DNA of 63,826 nucleotides, filler included, from Polymyxa betae A26-41 (Eukaryota; Protista; Endomyxa: Phytomyxea): NCBI GenBank assembly GCA_003693705.1. It is 8 parts of 8 records of this genome, joined end to end, with 100 filler letters (N's around TTAATTAATTAA, not from the genome) between each part and the next. Parts side by side here need not be neighbours in the genome. Positions count along the whole stretch, not along the records: positions 61,103 to 63,826 come from RBZT01000115.1; 7 more parts are not named here. One strand, 5' to 3'. Shown piece by piece: positions 61,120 to 63,826 of this stretch (position 1 is its first letter; each line of letters starts with the position of its first letter). The notes under the pieces were generated by a model. It saw only the letters and a program-made list of their open reading frames with translations, ran no database searches and was not told where the DNA came from. The position numbers and the translations under genes were made by a program.

Positions 61120-61710
61120 CGCTTAGCAACTGAGGCCAATCAAATTGACTATTCAATCATGATCAAGGCTGTCCTTGGCGGCGGGGGCAAAGTAATGAGA
61201 ATTTGCTCGCAATGCGAGCGAATTTACGGAATGGTTGGAGGCGTGCAAACGCGAGGCAAACTCCTCTTCGGTGATGCTAACGTTTGATTCGAGCGTTACA
61301 TCTTTCGGCCGCAACACATTGGTATGCTGGCAGGGGTTTTTGACGTAAACGTTTTCTTAACACTTCTTTGGTTAGAATTCCAAGTTTTTGCTGATAAGCG
61401 TGAGTTCGCTGTCCATCTGTACGAAACAAATTGCTCAGCTCAACGAAGACACCAGAAAGTACGAATGCATGCATATTGAATTTGTGATCAACGAAACGAA
61501 CACTGCTATTAGGTCATCGAAGAAACACCAGCTGCCGGTATGACTGAAGATCTTCGCGAATAAATGTGATAATCTGCCATCAACGCGGCATTATCTTTGA
61601 ACTACGTCGGTGCTGGGACAGTGGAATTTCTTTTTTTGGATACCGATACTGGAGAATATTTCTTCATGGAAATGAAGACTGGTCTTCAAATCGAACATCC
61701 CGGTTAGCCA
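61120..61710 (+). pseudogene. Biotin carboxylase domain pseudogene (methylcrotonyl-/propionyl-CoA carboxylase alpha-like)
   Basis: Fragments IMIKAVLGGGGK, LEACKREA, VIEETPA, NYVGAGTVEF and YFFMEMKTGLQIEHP are present. There are frameshifts, MNTRLQ has decayed to MKTGLQ, and unrelated sequence lies at about 61278-61500. Confidence 0.85.
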
Positions 61711-63826
61711 TGGTATCAATCTTCTTTTTATCCGTCGGTACAGACAGTAATGAGTAACTACATATCTCCATTTTGTCTGCAGTTTGAATATACAGAAGTT
61801 TCCAAACCACGAGGAAGGTTTGGTGACTGTTTATTGCAAGCCCCAAACTCGAAGAAAACGATTAGTATATACAATATTACTTGATCCAACAGTACTGACG
61901 GGTATTATTCTCATGTCTCCACCGATCATCATATGGACGCTTATTCATTAATTTGCTAACTCAATCTAGGACATATATGGTCTCAAAATAATCGTAACAA
62001 ATGGCTGCTTCAGATTCGGTATTTATGGGTGAAAGATGATCTGCTCCGAAACATGAAGCATTAGCACTGGTAGTTATTAAGGCTATGCCTCAACACATAT
62101 TATCTGCCAAACGGTAAGGATACAGCACCACCTGTTGACAACGGTCAGCGGATAGGACAAATCCAATCCAATCCAACTGCTTCAGAATCCACAACCTGTT
62201 GGTTCAAATCTCGCAACTGATCATATACCTTTCAAACGAGATCTCGAGCTGGCCAGGGCCTCAGCAGCAACGTTCTTCCGAAGCAGCAATATGTTACATT
62301 CCTTAAGATATCTTATTGTGAGTTAGGGCACCAGATGCTGATAAAGCTACAGTTGCATTCACACGATATATATTTAGTGTTCGAAGGCTGTTTTTTCTTC
62401 AGTAAAGTTTTTTTTATCACGAATATCGCTGTTGATAGAAGACTTATCGATCTATATAACCTCTTTCAAGGTCGTCGACATCAGAAATTTCTTCATAGAT
62501 TTCGGCGGTGATGTACGATCAAATGCCCATCAGCATTAGATCGCAAATCGTGACAGCCTCAGTTTTTGAGGCTTCGAAGCTTGGTGGCAGCGCTGACATT
62601 GGATCTGAGGCAAGTGGGTAAGCTCTTGATGGGATGATGGTTTTGGCAGCGTACTACAAATCCAGATTAGACGTGTCAGGATCAAACAGATTACGGTGGT
62701 GGTGTAAGTAGATGGTTCACGGCAATGGAAGAATGTGAGCAGAAATACACAACAAAACAAATCATAAAGCTTTACAATCAAGCATTAGACAAAGGACAAA
62801 TCGAAGAATTTAGGAAGCAAGTTTTGTGAAGCTAGAATTGGTAAACATTACTAGATAAGTGATTTTAAGAAATAACGATAACCACCGAATCTAAATAAGA
62901 TCATGGTATAATTAAGAGAAGATGATGTAGAGCAAACATTGATAGCAGCCAGAAATGACTAAAAGTGATGGTTACAGATACAAAAAGAGTTGAACTGTAA
63001 ACTTCGAATTGAAACAGTTAATCAGGAATGCCGAGGCCATTCGCCAACTATGTGGAAGCCAAATCATTATGCTAAAGCACCATAGGTTTGCTGCGGACAT
63101 CATTTATTTTCAAGGGTATAGTGAACAGCGTAAAGACGCTGCCAACTGTACTTCTAAACTAAGACATAACGCAACCTTCATTCGTTGCATTGTATTTGTT
63201 CCAAAGAGAAGAAATTTTGACATTGTAATTATTGACGGCCTGGAAGTTAATGAATATGCGTGCAATGACTACTTTGGCCATCATGGTTATTGGATACATT
63301 AAACAACGATTTGAAATCGAAAATCCAATCCGACGCACCTTAGCGGAATCCAGAAATTTTGGTTTTCGATGAGCATGTGATAGGTGCGCAGTCGTAGCGC
63401 AGCCCGCCCGCGTCAGGGGCACTGGTACTTGTGACGGACGTTCTGGCCAAGCTATTGATAAATTTGTATGGCGAAACCGCTCAAGATCCGTGCAACTGAA
63501 GCCAACTCCTTACAGCGACGTTCAATACGCGACAACGATCAAAATCCAAGAAGCGACATGGCCAAATCCCAACTTCCATCATTGAGTGCGCCAGCTCCCT
63601 TAGTAACTGCAAGCAGTGTCGACCCCAAAACTGCAACTCACCAATCTGTAAATTCTTTCTCAGCGCGCCAAGTATTCGAGAGGGAAGAACGCCTGCATAG
63701 CATTGCCAATTCTCAAAGTTATATTGTTGACGCAATCGTTGAAGCGATGCAACAAATCCACTTACAAGGCAGTACAAACATCGTTAACACCATCAGACAA
63801 AACAATCGGCAAATCCATTCAGATAT

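Noticed and set aside
63150-63826. Possible hAT transposase remnant (RCRVLNVAV)
   Set aside because: Only one loosely matching motif, with no TIRs or DDE residues identified.

Overview
This is eukaryotic, intron-containing DNA made of eight contigs joined by artificial 100-bp N/TTAATTAATTAA/N linkers, so gene order across linkers is meaningless. Introns of about 50 nt, secreted ankyrin proteins and scattered TTAGGG/TTTAGGG tracts suggest a plasmodiophorid-like protist plant parasite (inference). The main genes are: a 12-kb multi-exon gene fusing a ZNFX1-like SF1 helicase, NF-X1 zinc fingers and three CbbX/SpoVK-type AAA+ modules; a family of secreted F-box-like/ankyrin proteins (intact, partial and decayed copies); a tandem pair of secreted proteins whose signal peptide is followed by a chloroplast-transit-peptide-like segment; and a six-exon, three-module metallothionein-like gene that the ORF track misses. 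Mobile elements are an intact Ty1/copia element with a primer-binding site matching a half tRNA-Lys(CUU), an endonuclease-less Penelope-like RT followed by a hammerhead-like fold and telomeric repeats, a decayed chromodomain Ty3/gypsy element and several MITEs. There are also three tRNA genes, a biotin-carboxylase pseudogene and an over-represented CCAGTACG motif.
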